A stretch of 64,000 bases of DNA from Octopus vulgaris (GCA_951406725.2 OX597817.1:88970001-89034000); one strand, 5' to 3'. Shown: positions 12,503 through 31,029, counted from the first letter of the stretch. Numbers and translations are program-made. Notes: generated by a model from the letters alone, not told the origin.

Positions 12503-12869
12503 TGTATACACACACACACATAAGTATACAAATACATACACACACACACACGCACGCACACGCGCACACACGCACACAAGCACTCACGCACACAAAAACT
12601 TGGACTTCCATTGGCTAATTTTCATCCTAGCTCGTAAAAGTAGTTTAATTTATGCGTGCGTGCGTACGTGTCTGTGTGTATGTGTAAGTGTATGTGTATG
12701 CGTGCGTACATGTGTGTGTGTATATGTGAATGCGTGTGTGCTATATATTTGTGTGTACATACATATTTGCATATATATATATATTTATAGATATGTATAC
12801 ACACACATACGCATACATGCACTCATATACACATAAACACATAAATGGCAAAGTAGAATAACAGTACTT

Positions 12870-13080
12870 ATGTAACAGGGTGTTTTGCGACCCGCCCTGC
12901 CCTTATCTGCTAACCTAGTTAATAGCTCATCCACCAGCCTACCTACCTACCTACGTACCTTACCTCACTCTACATGCCTACCCCGACCACCCTCTTTGAC
13001 CTAGATTCTTCAACTCCCATCTGTCTCTTTCACTGCGGCAGTACTTCTAACTAAACATAGGCTCCCGTGTTTGCCTGCTA
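12870..13080 (+). repeat. Unclassified dispersed repeat with internal (CCTA)n; second diverged copy at ~14100-14360
   Basis: Shared GTAA.AGGGTGT, CCCTTATCTG, TGACCTAGATTCTTCA, CATCTGTCTCT, AGGCTCC..TGTTTG. Confidence 0.65.
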
Positions 13081-13081
13081 A

Positions 13082-13117
<36 letters not shown>

Positions 13118-13158
13118 CACACACACACACACACATATACATATATATAATACATATA

Positions 13159-13213
<55 letters not shown>

Positions 13214-13247
13214 ATATGTATATATATATGTATATATATATAAGTAT

Positions 13248-13315
<68 letters not shown>

Positions 13316-13388
13316 ATATATATGCATATATATATATAATATATATGTATATATATATATATGAATAAGTATACTTATATATATAAGT

Positions 13389-13465
<77 letters not shown>

Positions 13466-13892
13466 TGTATATATAATATATATAATATATATATATATGA
13501 ATAAGTATACTTATATATATAAGTATATATATATATAATATATATGTATATATATATATTATATATATATATATGAATAAGTATACTTACATATATGCAT
13601 GTATACATTATGTACGCGTATGCGTTTATCTGTATGGGAGTTTGTGCGTGTGTGTGTGCATGTGCGTGCGGGTATGATTGTGTGATCGCATCTTTGTTTT
13701 GGCTGTGTGTATGTGTGTGTTGATAAGGAGTTCTGAGTGCTCTGCCCTTTAGTTTGTAAACAAAAACAGTTACCAAATTATTTGTGTGCTCGTGCGTATG
13801 TACAGTTACACACACACACACACACTCACACACACATATATATATATATAAATTTGCACACACTCGCATACACACATACACTTATAAGAATA

Positions 13893-13946
<54 letters not shown>

Positions 13947-14729
13947 GATATACATAAGCACACAATGAAAAAATACACACACCCACACACGCGCACATAC
14001 ACACGCGCACATACACACAAACACATACACCCACACATCCACACACATATATATACACACATGCATCCATACATATATACATACACAGGCGGTGCTTATG
14101 TAAGAGGGTGTAAAGTTCCACGAACCACCCTACCCTTATCTGTTGACCTACTTAATAATCCACCCACCTACCTACCTACGCACGTACCTACCTACCTACC
14201 TATTTACCCACTGCCTACCTTCCATACACATCTACCCACACAACTACATACCTACATATTTACGCATCTACCCTAACATACCCCTGACCTAGATTCTTCA
14301 TCCCTCATCTGTCTCTATAGTACCATTTCTGTCTAATCACAGGCTCCAATGTTTGGCAGCTATTCGTGTGTGTGCGTGTGAGTGTGTATGTGTGTGTGTG
14401 TGTGTGTGTGTGTCTGTCTGTCTGTCTGTGTGTCTGAGTGCGTGCGCGTGCGTGTATGTGCGTGTGTGCGTACGTGTATGTGTATGTGCGTGTGTGTGTA
14501 TGTACAAATGCGTGTGTAATTGTGTATGTCTGTGTGTGTGTATCCTTTATATATGTTTACAAGCTGCACACACACATTTTCATATATGCATGCATAATTA
14601 TAAACAACTGCACATGCAGACAATAATGTGCATAATTACTTGCACATATGGGATGAATACGCTCATATATACATATATATACATGTATAATATACATATA
14701 TATATATATATAACCGACGGAGTGCCACG

Positions 14730-14801
<72 letters not shown>

Positions 14802-14834
14802 TTGCAGGTGTATGTATATATGCATGTGTTCGAG

Positions 14835-14891
<57 letters not shown>

Positions 14892-15242
14892 TATGTATAT
14901 GTATACATATATACACACATACATATACATATATATATGTGTGTGTGCGTGTGTATGTATGGATGTAGTATGCATGCATATTTAAAATTAATATAATTAT
15001 AAAAATTAAACACTAACTTACTTTCATGTAAACTAAATAAACTTAGTTTATTGCAGCAGAGATTTATCTCTCCGCGGACAGAAAACTGTATCAATCTGAT
15101 TAGCTTCATGTTGTGTGCAGCATTGATCAGGGACCATTTTATCGCTTTGTATCAACGCACGCAAACACACACAACCATAATTTTGTGTGTGTGTGTATAT
15201 ACATACATAGATTATATATTCATACAACCATGTACATAGAAA

Positions 15243-15419
15243 TGCGGGGTGGAGGTGCTGAAAAGTTCCGAGGTCTATAACAGGGCTTAGAAAAACCGAA
15301 AGACCGCTGCAGTAAGTATGTGAATCTGAGAGGTGAACATGTTGAGTAAAATCATAATTAACCGATCCTCCTGTATTTTCTTTTACCCAAAACCAGGAAC
15401 TTTTCAGCATTTCCTCGTA
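15243..15419. mobile_element. Mariner-type MITE, degenerate
   Basis: Inverted ends GAGGTGCTGAAAAGTTCC ... GGAACTTTTCAGCATTTCCTCGTA. Confidence 0.7.
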
Positions 15420-15422
15420 TGC

Positions 15423-15492
<70 letters not shown>

Positions 15493-15573
15493 ATATATAT
15501 ATACAAGGCATATGTGTGTGTGTGGAGGGAGAGAGAAAGATTGGGGAAGCAAAGGGGGAGAGAGAGGGAGAGA

Positions 15574-15622
<49 letters not shown>

Positions 15623-15812
15623 CTAGTGTGTACCAGACATATGGTGAGCCTTCATTAGCCCTTAAACAGCAAAACCACCTTTTTTGCAGTTTGCAACAGA
15701 AAAGAACACACCTTTGTTCCGGATTCGTTACGACGTGAATTTTCAAAGGTCACGAATTTTTATAAAAGCAAAATAATTGCAATGAAAATTACTGGTATTT
15801 TAAATTAATATA

Positions 15813-16025
15813 CAGGGTGTCCACAATAACACTCCCTGATTTAATGATACTTTGATATCTAAAGTAATTCAGATACATTGATTAATATAGTATTCACAGA
15901 TACTCCAACAATAATATTATCGTTTATTTTCAGGTGATTTACCATCTTTGGCGTGAATACAAGAAAATCCAAGATGGCCGCCACCTCACAGCAACGCAGA
16001 TGGGAGTGTTTTTGTGGATACCCTG
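15813..16025. mobile_element. Tc1/mariner MITE (213 bp) with TA target duplication
   Basis: TA-CAGGGTGTCCACAATAACACTCCC ... GGGAGTGTTTTTGTGGATACCCTG-TA. Confidence 0.85.
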
Positions 16026-17574
16026 TATAATTAAAGGTTGTGTTGTAACGTTGTTTTGGAATCTGACTTGGCGAACGAATGAGAACAAAACTGAATTTTT
16101 AATCTACTATATCACATTCTGTATTTATGTTCATGTTTTCATTTATCGTATTACATTGTGTATTTATTATGTTAATGTCTTGAATATTAGGCAACAGAAA
16201 GATCGTGGAAACCAGGGCCAGATTTATGAACGAGCCAATATGGACAATGGGTTATGAGACCTCAATGTTTAGGGGATCCCTTTAACTCAGAGGAGACTAA
16301 AACCTGGATTTAAAAATTAAGAAATATATTTTACAGCAATTAAATACATAATTTGTAAATTTTTTTTACTTATTCTTTTATTCTTTTACTTGTTTCAGTC
16401 ATTTGACTGCGCCATGCTGGAGCGCTGCCTATTTTTACAATATGGTTCTTTTAAAATTATTCAGTCCACTTTTGGTTTACTGGGTCCTTTTAGATTAAAA
16501 AACCCATTGAATTTAAGTGGGGGTCCCTCTGAATTAATTGAAGCTCTTTTAAGTTTTGAGGACTCTTCAAATTGATTGGTGCTTCTAGATTTAATGGGAG
16601 CCTCTCTATTACCTTATATTTTGAATTAGCAAAATCGTTAGGTCATCTAAAGCCTATTGGATCAGGAGCCTCGGACAACAGTTGGTCGTAACGCATGTCT
16701 GAATGAAGAGCATAAGATAGTGATTTTTTATTGTCTTGTCCCAGAATGGGCCTGATCAGGAGGAGTTGCCGTCTGAAACATTTTTACATATTCTATATGT
16801 ACAGGTAGATTATACATGTCTTCTTCTTCAAAGACGGTAGCGGATGGTTTGAAGGAGATTAACTGATATTTCAAGCAAGCTAAGGGTTCCTGTAAAAGTT
16901 CCTTTGGTGGCTGGCTTGCAAGATAGTGAGTTCAAATCTATTTCGGATATATCCGTTGGTGTCTGGACAGAACTCATTTTCCATTATCCTCAAGTAAATC
17001 AAAGAAAAGATGTGCGGTTTGAGAGTTGTTTTGGTTGCTATTTCTAGCAAGTCGGTCGACCATATAGAGGTTCTTTCTTTAGTCCGTACGTTGTGGAATG
17101 AATATCGTGTGCATATGTGTGTGTAAGTGTATGTATGTATGTATGTATGTATGTATGTATGTATGTGCGTGAGTGTGTACGTATGTAAATGAATGTGTAT
17201 GTTATGTATGTGTATGTAAGCCTATGTATTTGTTTCTGTGTATGTATCTATGTTTGTATCTGTATGTGTATGTATGACCATCTGTGTGTATGGGTTTGTG
17301 TGAGTTTATGTGTGTGAATATGTGTATGTGTACATATGTGCGTATAAGTGTGTGCGCGTGCGTTATGTGTGCGTGTGTGTGTGTGTATGTGTGTGTGTGT
17401 GTGCGCGCACGCGCTTCTATCTGTGAATAGTAAGAGCGTAAAAGAGAAGATAGGGAGAAGAATGAAAATAACTAGAATTAACATATAGGGACACATAGAC
17501 CTACATTCTCTCTGTCTAACTGACTGTCGCTTTCTCTCTCTCTCCCAACCTCTTTCTCATTCTGACCTCTTCCT

Positions 17575-17624
<50 letters not shown>

Positions 17625-17734
17625 ATATATTATTATATACATAAGCACGCAGACACAGGCATATATTATATAATATTCAAGGACACATGCACACACGCAC
17701 GGACACGCTTTTTCTCTCCCCGACTCTCTCTCTC

Positions 17735-17772
<38 letters not shown>

Positions 17773-18007
17773 CCGCCTATCCGCAGACGACATCGGTTGA
17801 TCAGCAGACGACACGTGCATCATCAATCAACGGATCATTTTAAATGCAAGAAAGAGAAGCCAACTTTCAATCACGTCTACTAACATCTGAAACATTCAGT
17901 GATGTAGTTAACTACTTGAAACATAGGAAGAAATGGTCATGGACGAAAGGCTTCAAAAATTATGTTTGCTCTGTCAAAGTTCACCAAAGGATATAAATAA
18001 CAACCGA

Positions 18008-18105
<98 letters not shown>

Positions 18106-18399
18106 ATATCTATCTATCTATCTATCTACCTGTCTGTCTGTCTGTTTGTCTATCTGTCTGTCTGTCTAACAGTATATTTTACGTATATACATATGAATAC
18201 ATGCATCTGTATATAAGTGCACACACACATATATATGCATATATATGTGTGTGCGTTTGTTTGTGTGTGTTTGTATGTGTGTTTGTGTGTGTGTTTGTGT
18301 TTCTCTCTTGAAAAGAGGAGTCGGACACACACACACACACACACATATCTATATACACACATACACACACACAAACACACACGCAAGCACACACTCACA

Positions 18400-18534
18400 A
18401 TGAGCTTCTTTCAGTTTTCGTCAATCAAATCCATTCACAATGCCCGAAGCTACACTAGAAGACAATGGGGACGGTCTGAACCCGGTCCTCTGTAGTTGGA
18501 AAGCAAAGTTCTTAACACACAACGAAGCCTGTGC

Positions 18535-18535
<1 letters not shown>
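18400..18535 (-). mobile_element. SINE family A, degenerate
   Basis: Reverse complement resembles the family A head and GGATTTG...GAAAACTGAAAGAAGC. Confidence 0.65.
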
Positions 18536-18574
<39 letters not shown>

Positions 18575-18577
<3 letters not shown>

Positions 18578-18787
18578 GAGTTTATCCAAACATGAAAGCA
18601 CCAAAAAACACAACACGAGGACGTGGAACAAATATAGTATTATTGGACGCTCAGGAAAGAAGGAAAGAAGGAGGGTTCAACGTTTCGAGCGGAGCTCTTC
18701 GTCAGAAACATAGGAGAAGGAAAGATCCAGAGAAGGGAAGACAGAGGAAAAAAAATCGCCAACGGTACACATGCGGTCACATTTTGA

Positions 18788-18792
<5 letters not shown>
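18575..18792 (-). mobile_element. Short HHR-bearing PLE terminal-repeat fragment inside (TA)n
   Basis: Flanked on both sides by (TA)n; closely similar to 60892-60985. Confidence 0.75.
18675..18709 (-). ncRNA. Minimal type I hammerhead ribozyme
   Basis: Minus strand: GTTT-CTGACGA-A-GAGC TCC GCTC-GAAAC-GTT-GAAC; loopless palindromic stem III (ACGT). Confidence 0.8.
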
Positions 18793-18851
<59 letters not shown>

Positions 18852-18973
18852 GAAAGAATGGAGTCGAACGAAGATGTTAACAAAATTCCTTTACTCTCGA
18901 CATATTGCTACCCAGGTTTCGGTTAAACGAATTTTCCATGCTGACGATAAACATAGGATAATTCATTCACCTA

Positions 18974-19011
<38 letters not shown>

Positions 19012-19453
19012 GTTTTATATATATATGGTTATGTGTGTATTTTTTTGTGTGTGTATGCACACACTAACAAATTTATCTATATGCATGTTTGAGTGTATGT
19101 GTGTGTGCATAATATGCGATTTCCTGCTTGCTCCAGGGCTTTCCTCCGCTGCCTCTCCCCTCCTCTCCTTCTCTCTCCTCCCCTCCTCTTCTCCCCATCT
19201 CCCCTTTCTTTCCATTTCATCTCCCCGACCTTTACCTCACTCTAGTCACCCATATACCTCTTCCCCTATCCCTCTCTTTGCATAGCACAATCCACCTCCA
19301 TCACACTGACATTTCTGTCTGTGTCTGTGTGTTCGTTACATTGTCCGTCATCTTTGTATTCTGATTTTGTATGTGATGCCATGTTTCTGAGTATGTCTCT
19401 CTCTGTACATATGTATGTCTGAGTATGTCTCTCTCTGTACATATGTATGTATA

Positions 19454-19567
<114 letters not shown>

Positions 19568-19568
19568 A

Positions 19569-19599
<31 letters not shown>

Positions 19600-19826
19600 T
19601 TGTCTGTCTGTCTATCTATCTGTCTGTCTGTCTGTCTGTCTGTCCATTTGCCCGTCTGTGTGTTCGTCTGTCCATCCGTCCGTGCGTCCATCTGTCCGTC
19701 CATCTGTCCGTCCATCAATCAATTCATCCACCCACCTACCCACCCTACATCCATCCATCCATCCATCCATCCATCCATCCATCCATCCATCCATCCATCC
19801 ATCCATCTATCCATCCATCATATCTG

Positions 19827-19883
<57 letters not shown>

Positions 19884-19948
19884 TTTACAGTATCTCACAA
19901 TTTTATCGACATCTGTACCTCCAACCACTGAAATCCTCTCCACTGCTC

Positions 19949-20001
<53 letters not shown>

Positions 20002-20936
20002 GTACACACAGACACGCACTCACACACACAAATCAATATCTCACACCTTATTAACCAACGTCAACACTCGCACATTTGTACAACTCCATACACATACACG
20101 CACACCACATTAACACGCACACTAATTCTCCTTACGCCCAATTTTGGATCTGGATACACGCTTATGTTTGCATCTAATACCTGCTCTTTCTTGCTCTCAT
20201 AACAGTATTTCCATCAGGTTTTAAATCTTCAGATGTATTTTCCCTCCTTGCTGACTATTTCTCTTTATCACTTCCTGTATGTACTCTTTCTTTTGATAAA
20301 GGACTAAAATCTGAAACGTTAAGACCATTCCACTTTCTATTAGAGTGTAAAGCTCGTACCTTGTGTTGTCTTTTTGTACATTACACATGTATGCACGTAT
20401 AAACACATGTATGCATGCATACATATATATATATATACACACATTTACACATATATACATATACATAAACACATACACACATACAGATTACATATACGCA
20501 TGCATAAATATATCTATATGTTTTTGCACATATATACGCGCTTTTGTGGAACAATGCATTTTAGGAATTGTTAGAGCAACGGGCAAAATGCCATGCGAGC
20601 TTTGTTTCGACTCTTTGTGTTTTTGGTTCAAATCCTATCGATGTCATGTTTGCAGTGTCGATGAACAAATGTACTGGGGTTAATTTTATCGACTAAACTC
20701 CAACTCTCATATTTCTAAGTCTTGCGCTTTTGTGGAATGTTTTCTGTGAGTGAAAGACTGGCGGTGTATTATTACAGCCCTTTTCATTCTAAGTTCATAT
20801 CCTGTCGAGTTCAATTTTATCTTTTATCGAGGTCAACAAAATGAAATATCAACCAAGGATCGAGGTCTTTCGATTAATCCACATCCGCAATTCTTAGCCT
20901 TGTTCTGAGTTCCAATTCAGGCAATATTGTAGGAAC

Positions 20937-20968
<32 letters not shown>

Positions 20969-21038
20969 TCTCCTCTTCCTCCTCCTCCTCCTCCCCCTCC
21001 TCCTCCTCCTCATTCTTCTTCTTCTTCTTCTTCTTCTT

Positions 21039-21136
<98 letters not shown>

Positions 21137-21185
21137 ACTGTTCAATGTCTCTTTTTCTTCTTCTTCTTCTTCGTCTTATTTTATT

Positions 21186-24802
<3,617 letters not shown>

Positions 24803-24849
24803 TATTATTATTATTATCTTTATTATTATTATTATCTTTATTGTTCAAC

Positions 24850-25593
24850 ATTTGATAGTTTGGGGCAAATTTCTACTGCATTACCTGCGACACCTCCGTG
24901 TTGCTGGAGTGTGTACAGCATTGTGTGTTCTTTTCTGTTGTTGGGAGTGTGCAAAGTCTTCCCTATTTTGTATTGTGTCAGTTTTTATCTCTTTTAAGGT
25001 GACGTGCAGTCTTTTGTTGTATTACTACTTTTATTGTGTGTTGAGTGTGTAATGCATTGGTTAGCTAGGTTGCTGGTGAAAGTTTATTTCATTGGATAAA
25101 TGCTGTATAGAATGTGTCTTGTGTTTGTTGGTTGTTTTGTTTAGGTTGTATTATTGAATTGATTGAGTCTTGCGTAGGGTGTGGGCTGTTCGTAGGAGGG
25201 CTGCTTTTTGGATAGTGTGTAGTGTTGAGAGTCCAGGTATAGCTTTTATGTTTTTGTTAATATGTTTTTATCATACCCAATGCTCCAATTATTATTGGTC
25301 TTGTTTTCACCTTCTGCATCAATTTCGAGGTCTTTGTACTTTGACAATTTCTCCACTTCTTTTTTGACAATACTTTGATCAGAAGGGACGGTAATGTCTA
25401 TCATAATAATCAAATCAATCCTTGAGAGATTAGTTTATATTTTTTTGTCGGTTTGAACCGTCATATCCCAGATGATTGTGGCCTGGTTGTTGTCTCGTAC
25501 ATTGTTTGGGACATGTTTATACCATCTATTATCAGTTTTAATGTTGTACCGTTGATATATTGTCCAGTGGATATAATTACTTATTCGGTCTTG

Positions 25594-25598
<5 letters not shown>
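24850..25598 (-). mobile_element. R4/Dong-like 3' fragment
   Basis: Degenerate WDM..RFKPT..IDITVPSDQS..EKLSKYKDLEI segment next to (TTA)n. Confidence 0.65.
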
Positions 25599-25632
<34 letters not shown>

Positions 25633-25643
25633 TATATAGAAGG

Positions 25644-25694
25644 AGCTTCTACAGGACTAGTACTGTTTCATTCAAGAGAAATCTTCAGGAAGCT
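25644..25694 (-). ncRNA. Type I hammerhead ribozyme
   Basis: Reverse complement of 29575-29625. Confidence 0.8.
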
Positions 25695-26092
25695 ATTTAA
25701 CAAGAATTGTATTAGCATTTATACATTTAGGCAGGTTTAAAGGAGTGGTGGTGGGGGACTTTTTGGGGGTAGGCATAGCGCAAAATATCATACTTGGGGG
25801 AGTGGTCAAGGAGTCAGTGGTAAGTTAGATGAAAGAATAGATAAATAAAAAAAAAAAAAAATAAATAAAAAAATAAAAAAATAAATAAAAATAAAAAATA
25901 AAATAAAAAAATAAAAAAATAAAAAATATAAAAAATATATATAAAAAAATATATATATAAAATATATATATAAAAAAATATATATATAAAAAAAGGGGGG
26001 ATAGAGTTATAGGTAAATAAGGAGATTCTCACTTATACCTATACACACATGTATACGTATCTACACACACATACATACATACACATATATAT

Positions 26093-26135
<43 letters not shown>

Positions 26136-26586
26136 CCTACACATACACACATACATACATACAAATATACATATACATATATATATATACAATCCAATAC
26201 AGGCCCATTCCCTAATTTTAATTTTATTATCTTCATTTATTACTTTTGTTATCTTTGATCGCTAGGGCTAAGAATCCTGGCAATGGCTGCATGTCCATTT
26301 GTCTGTCTACTAGAAGGCAAGTACTCATTCCCGCACGCACACTCATTAGCACGTACATTCACCCATTCGTACACTCATACACATACACGTACGCACGCGT
26401 TATATTCATACATACAAACATCTACATACGTTCACGTATATACACATACGTACTCGTACCTACAGATTCGTGTCTACACTTTAGGAGGCTAGTCTATACA
26501 TATACACCAATAAATATACATATATATATATATACCCGCATATACATACACACACACACATATATACTCCTACATACAGATACATA

Positions 26587-26630
<44 letters not shown>

Positions 26631-27427
26631 CACATACATACACATACACACATACATATACACACACATACATACACATATATATACATACACAAACATA
26701 TATACACACACATATATATACATACACACATACACACATACATACGTATACATACATACATACATCCATACATCCATACTTACATGCATTTATACGCATA
26801 CACACACCCATCTATATATATGTTATATATATATATATATATATACACACTCACACATACATATACAAATCTACGCACACACATACATACATACACGTAT
26901 ACGCATACACGCACATACACATATACATGCGTACCCATACATACCGCCCTATAAACCACCCCAATATATATACACCGTGTATATATATTTAAAATATATA
27001 TGCAACATATATATTGTATATATATATATATATATATGTATGATTATATATATATATATATATATTGTATGTGTGTGTGTGTGTATATGTGTATATGTGT
27101 TTGTATGTATATGTGTATATATGTATATGCATATGTATGTGTAAATGTATGTGCTTATGTATGTGTATGTATGTATAAAATATTATATAATTAGGGCTTA
27201 GGAAAATAAAATAAATTACTTTGCCACATACTAAACTTTCTAGAAATAGCAGCCAATAAAGTTTTTTAGCCTCTTCCACTACTTAGAGAATTTTTTTCCC
27301 TCTAACATTGTTTACTCAAAATAATAATGGTCCCTTTACATACTGAACACTTGATGAAATTGATTAATAACTAATTAACTTTACCCTCCCTTGTTGATAT
27401 ATATATACATATGTATATGTGTACATG

Positions 27428-27466
<39 letters not shown>

Positions 27467-27724
27467 ATGTGTGTATGTATGTATTTGTATATGTGTGTGT
27501 GTATATGTATGTGTGCGCGTGTGTGTGTATGTTTGTGTATGTATACTTGTATATGTATATGCATGAATGTATATATATGTGTGTGTATATGTGTATTATG
27601 TATGTATTTATATAGATATGTAGTTTATATATATATATGTATGTATATGCATCTGTCTGTGTGTGTGTATGTGTATATATGTGTATCATTTTTGCGTATG
27701 TATACATGTATATGTGTATATGTA

Positions 27725-27761
<37 letters not shown>

Positions 27762-27968
27762 GTGTATATATATGTATATATATATATATATGCATACGTA
27801 TGTGTATGTACATGTATATATGTATGTGTGTATATGTATATATGTTTATATATGTGAGTATGTAGTGATATAAGTATATGCATGTGTATGTATGGGTATG
27901 TGTATCAGTGTATATGTATATATGTATGTGTGTGTGTATGTATATGTATGTATATGTGTATATATGTA

Positions 27969-28001
<33 letters not shown>

Positions 28002-28070
28002 GTGTATATGTGTGTATGTATGTGTATGTGTATGTATGTGTATATATGTCTATATATGTATATATATATG

Positions 28071-28124
<54 letters not shown>

Positions 28125-28620
28125 TGCGTGTGTGTATGTATGCATATATGTATGTATGCATGTATATGTGTATGTATATATATGTGTGTAAGTGTGTGCA
28201 TATATGTATTTGTAAGTATGTGTGCGCGTATGAGTATGTATGTATGCTTGCACATGTGTGTATATATATGTGTGTGTGTGTATATATATGGATGCGCGTG
28301 CGTGTGTGCACGTGTATGGGTACGCATGTATATGTGTATGTGCGTGTATGCGTATACGTGTATGTATGTATGTGTGTGCGTAGATTTGTATATGTATGTG
28401 TGAGTGTGTATATATATATATATATATATATACATATATATAGATGGGTGTGTGTATGCGTATAAATGCATGTAAGTATGGATGTATGGATGTATGTATG
28501 TATGTATACGTATGTATGTGTGTATGTGTGTATGTATATATATATGTGTGTATATATGTTTGTGTATGTATATATATGTGTATGTATGTGTGTGTATATG
28601 TATGTGTGTATGTGTGTATG

Positions 28621-28666
<46 letters not shown>

Positions 28667-29117
28667 TATGTATCTGTATGTAGGAGTATATATGTGTGTG
28701 TGTGTATGTATATGCGGGTATATATATATATATGTATATTTATTGGTGTATATGTATAGACTAGCCTCCTAAAGTGTAGACACGAATCTGTAGGTACGAG
28801 TACGTATGTGTATATACGTGAACGTATGTAGATGTTTGTATGTATGAATATAACGCGTGCGTACGTGTATGTGTATGAGTGTACGAATGGGTGAATGTAC
28901 GTGCCAATGAGTGTGCGTGCGGGAATGAGTACTTGCCTTCTAGTAGACAGACAAATGGACATGCAGCCATTGCCAGGATTCTTAGCCCTAGCGATCAAAG
29001 ATAACAAAAGTAATAAATGAAGATAATAAAATTAAAATTAGGGAATGGGCCTGTATTGGATTGTATATATATATATGTATATGTATATTTGTATGTATGT
29101 ATGTGTGTATGTGTAGG

Positions 29118-29164
<47 letters not shown>

Positions 29165-29574
29165 ATATATATGTGTATGTGTGTATGTGTGTGTAGATAC
29201 GTATACATGTGTGTATAGGTATAAGTGAGAATCTCCTTATTTACCTATAACTCTATCCCCCCTTTTTTTTATATATATATTTTTTTATTTATATATATAT
29301 TTTTATATATATATTTTTTATATATATTTTTTATATTTTTTATTTTTTTTTATTTTTTATTTTTTTATTTTTTTATTTTTTATTTTTTTATTTTTTTATT
29401 TTTTTATTTTATTTTTTTTTAAATTTATCTATTCTTTCATCTAACTTACCACTGACTCCTTGACCACTCCCCCAAGTATGATATTTTGCGCTATGCCTAC
29501 CCCCAAAAAGTCCCCCACCACCACTCCTTTAAACCTGCCTAAATGTATAAATGCTAATACAATTCTTGTTAAAT

Positions 29575-29625
29575 AGCTTCCTGAAGATTTCTCTTGAATG
29601 AAACAGTACTAGTCCTGTAGAAGCT
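29575..29625 (+). ncRNA. Type I hammerhead ribozyme
   Basis: AGCTTC-CTGAAGA-T TTC TCTT GAA T-GAAA-CAG TACTAGTC CTG-TA-GAAGCT; predicted cleavage after GTA (29619). Confidence 0.82.
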
Positions 29626-29708
29626 CCTTCTATATAATAAATTAATTTTACTCTGCTATGTATTGAGTACCTTACTTACTGTGGTTAACCCCGAATCAAC
29701 CCGGGACC

Positions 29709-29747
<39 letters not shown>

Positions 29748-29795
29748 TCAGATTTGGCCAGGACTGGGTAGCCAGAGATGATGTGATCAACTGTC

Positions 29796-29863
<68 letters not shown>

Positions 29864-29864
29864 T

Positions 29865-30930
29865 CATTTGCAATGTGATGATCCTGTTAACAATGGATGA
29901 TTTAACTGACTCCCTATCAAGTTATGTAACCGCAGAATATTTGACGTTCCCAAAAGTGTGTTCTTTTGCCATGTCGTCATACTGAGACAGGTTCCAATTG
30001 TGTTAATGTGTTGCTGGAAGCTTTTTGTCATCGATCCAAGTGCTCCAGTCACGATTGGTACCACTGTTGCTTTGAAAGCATTCTCTCGACATTTTCTCGA
30101 CTTCTATTCTCAAATCTACATATTGTACGATTTTCTCGTTTTCTTTACCATTGATGTAATGATCCCCTGGGAAAGTTACATTGATCAGCAAACACGTCCA
30201 TACATTAAAGTTATGTCTGGCCTTGTACGTACAATAAATCTGTCTGTATTGTAAAGTCGCAAATGAGTTTCACAGTCCGATTTTCTTAGACCTTCTCTGG
30301 TTTGTGCAGTCACCGTTTCCCAGTGACTGGAAACCCAAATTTGTTTGCATAAAGACCAGTGGAGATGGAAGCATACTTTATTGTGAAACCTTTTATATTC
30401 TCTCTGTGCAAGCGTGTTACAGGCACTCACAATGTGTGTCACACTTTCCACCTTCTTCCCACACAACACACTTATATCTTTCATCTGGGCTATGCGCATT
30501 CCTTATTGGGTTTGTAGTTAGTACTTGATCCTGAACAGCCATCAACAAACTTTTTTTTTTGTCAATCAGTTCAATCAAGATTCTGCTTCGTTTTTCTTCG
30601 AAGTTTGTCTTTCGAATTGGCTGAGCTTAGTTTCCTCAGCTAGCAGCCTCTGCAATTCTTTATTTCTCAATAGTCTTAATGCATAGTCTCTGCTTTTGGC
30701 AACATAGCCTAAAAGTTCTTCTCTACTACTGGTGAAATACAAAATCTAAAGACTTGAATTTACTAGCTACGCAATCTTTCGTCCTCCTACGGTGCGCGGT
30801 GTACATAGCATCATAACATTCGTCTTTGGATGAAATGCACCATCGTCAACCATTTCCTATCAACTTATCCAACTTATCCAACTTCTCTAACTCACTTTCT
30901 TTTTATTCCAATTCAAAATAGCCTCACTAT
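29865..30930 (-). mobile_element. R4/Dong-like 3' fragment
   Basis: CGKKVESVTHIVSACNTLAQREYKRFH, RPDI, VPIVTGALG; ends at (TTA)n. Confidence 0.8.
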
Positions 30931-31029
30931 ACCTATCAACCGGCACAACTCAGACTTTGATAGCGGTAATCGACATCGTCCCTCTCAATTTCGTTTTCAG
31001 TAGCATCTATAACTTGTTTGGAAAGAACT

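Larger units (their letters stand above)
25627..29712. mobile_element. Large foldback: ~1.3-kb inverted arms (25627-26941 / 28313-29642) of a microsatellite-rich, HHR-terminated non-autonomous PLE-like element
   Basis: Arms are near-identical reverse complements including unique segments; the right arm continues to ~29712; (TA)n on both outer sides. Confidence 0.85.
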
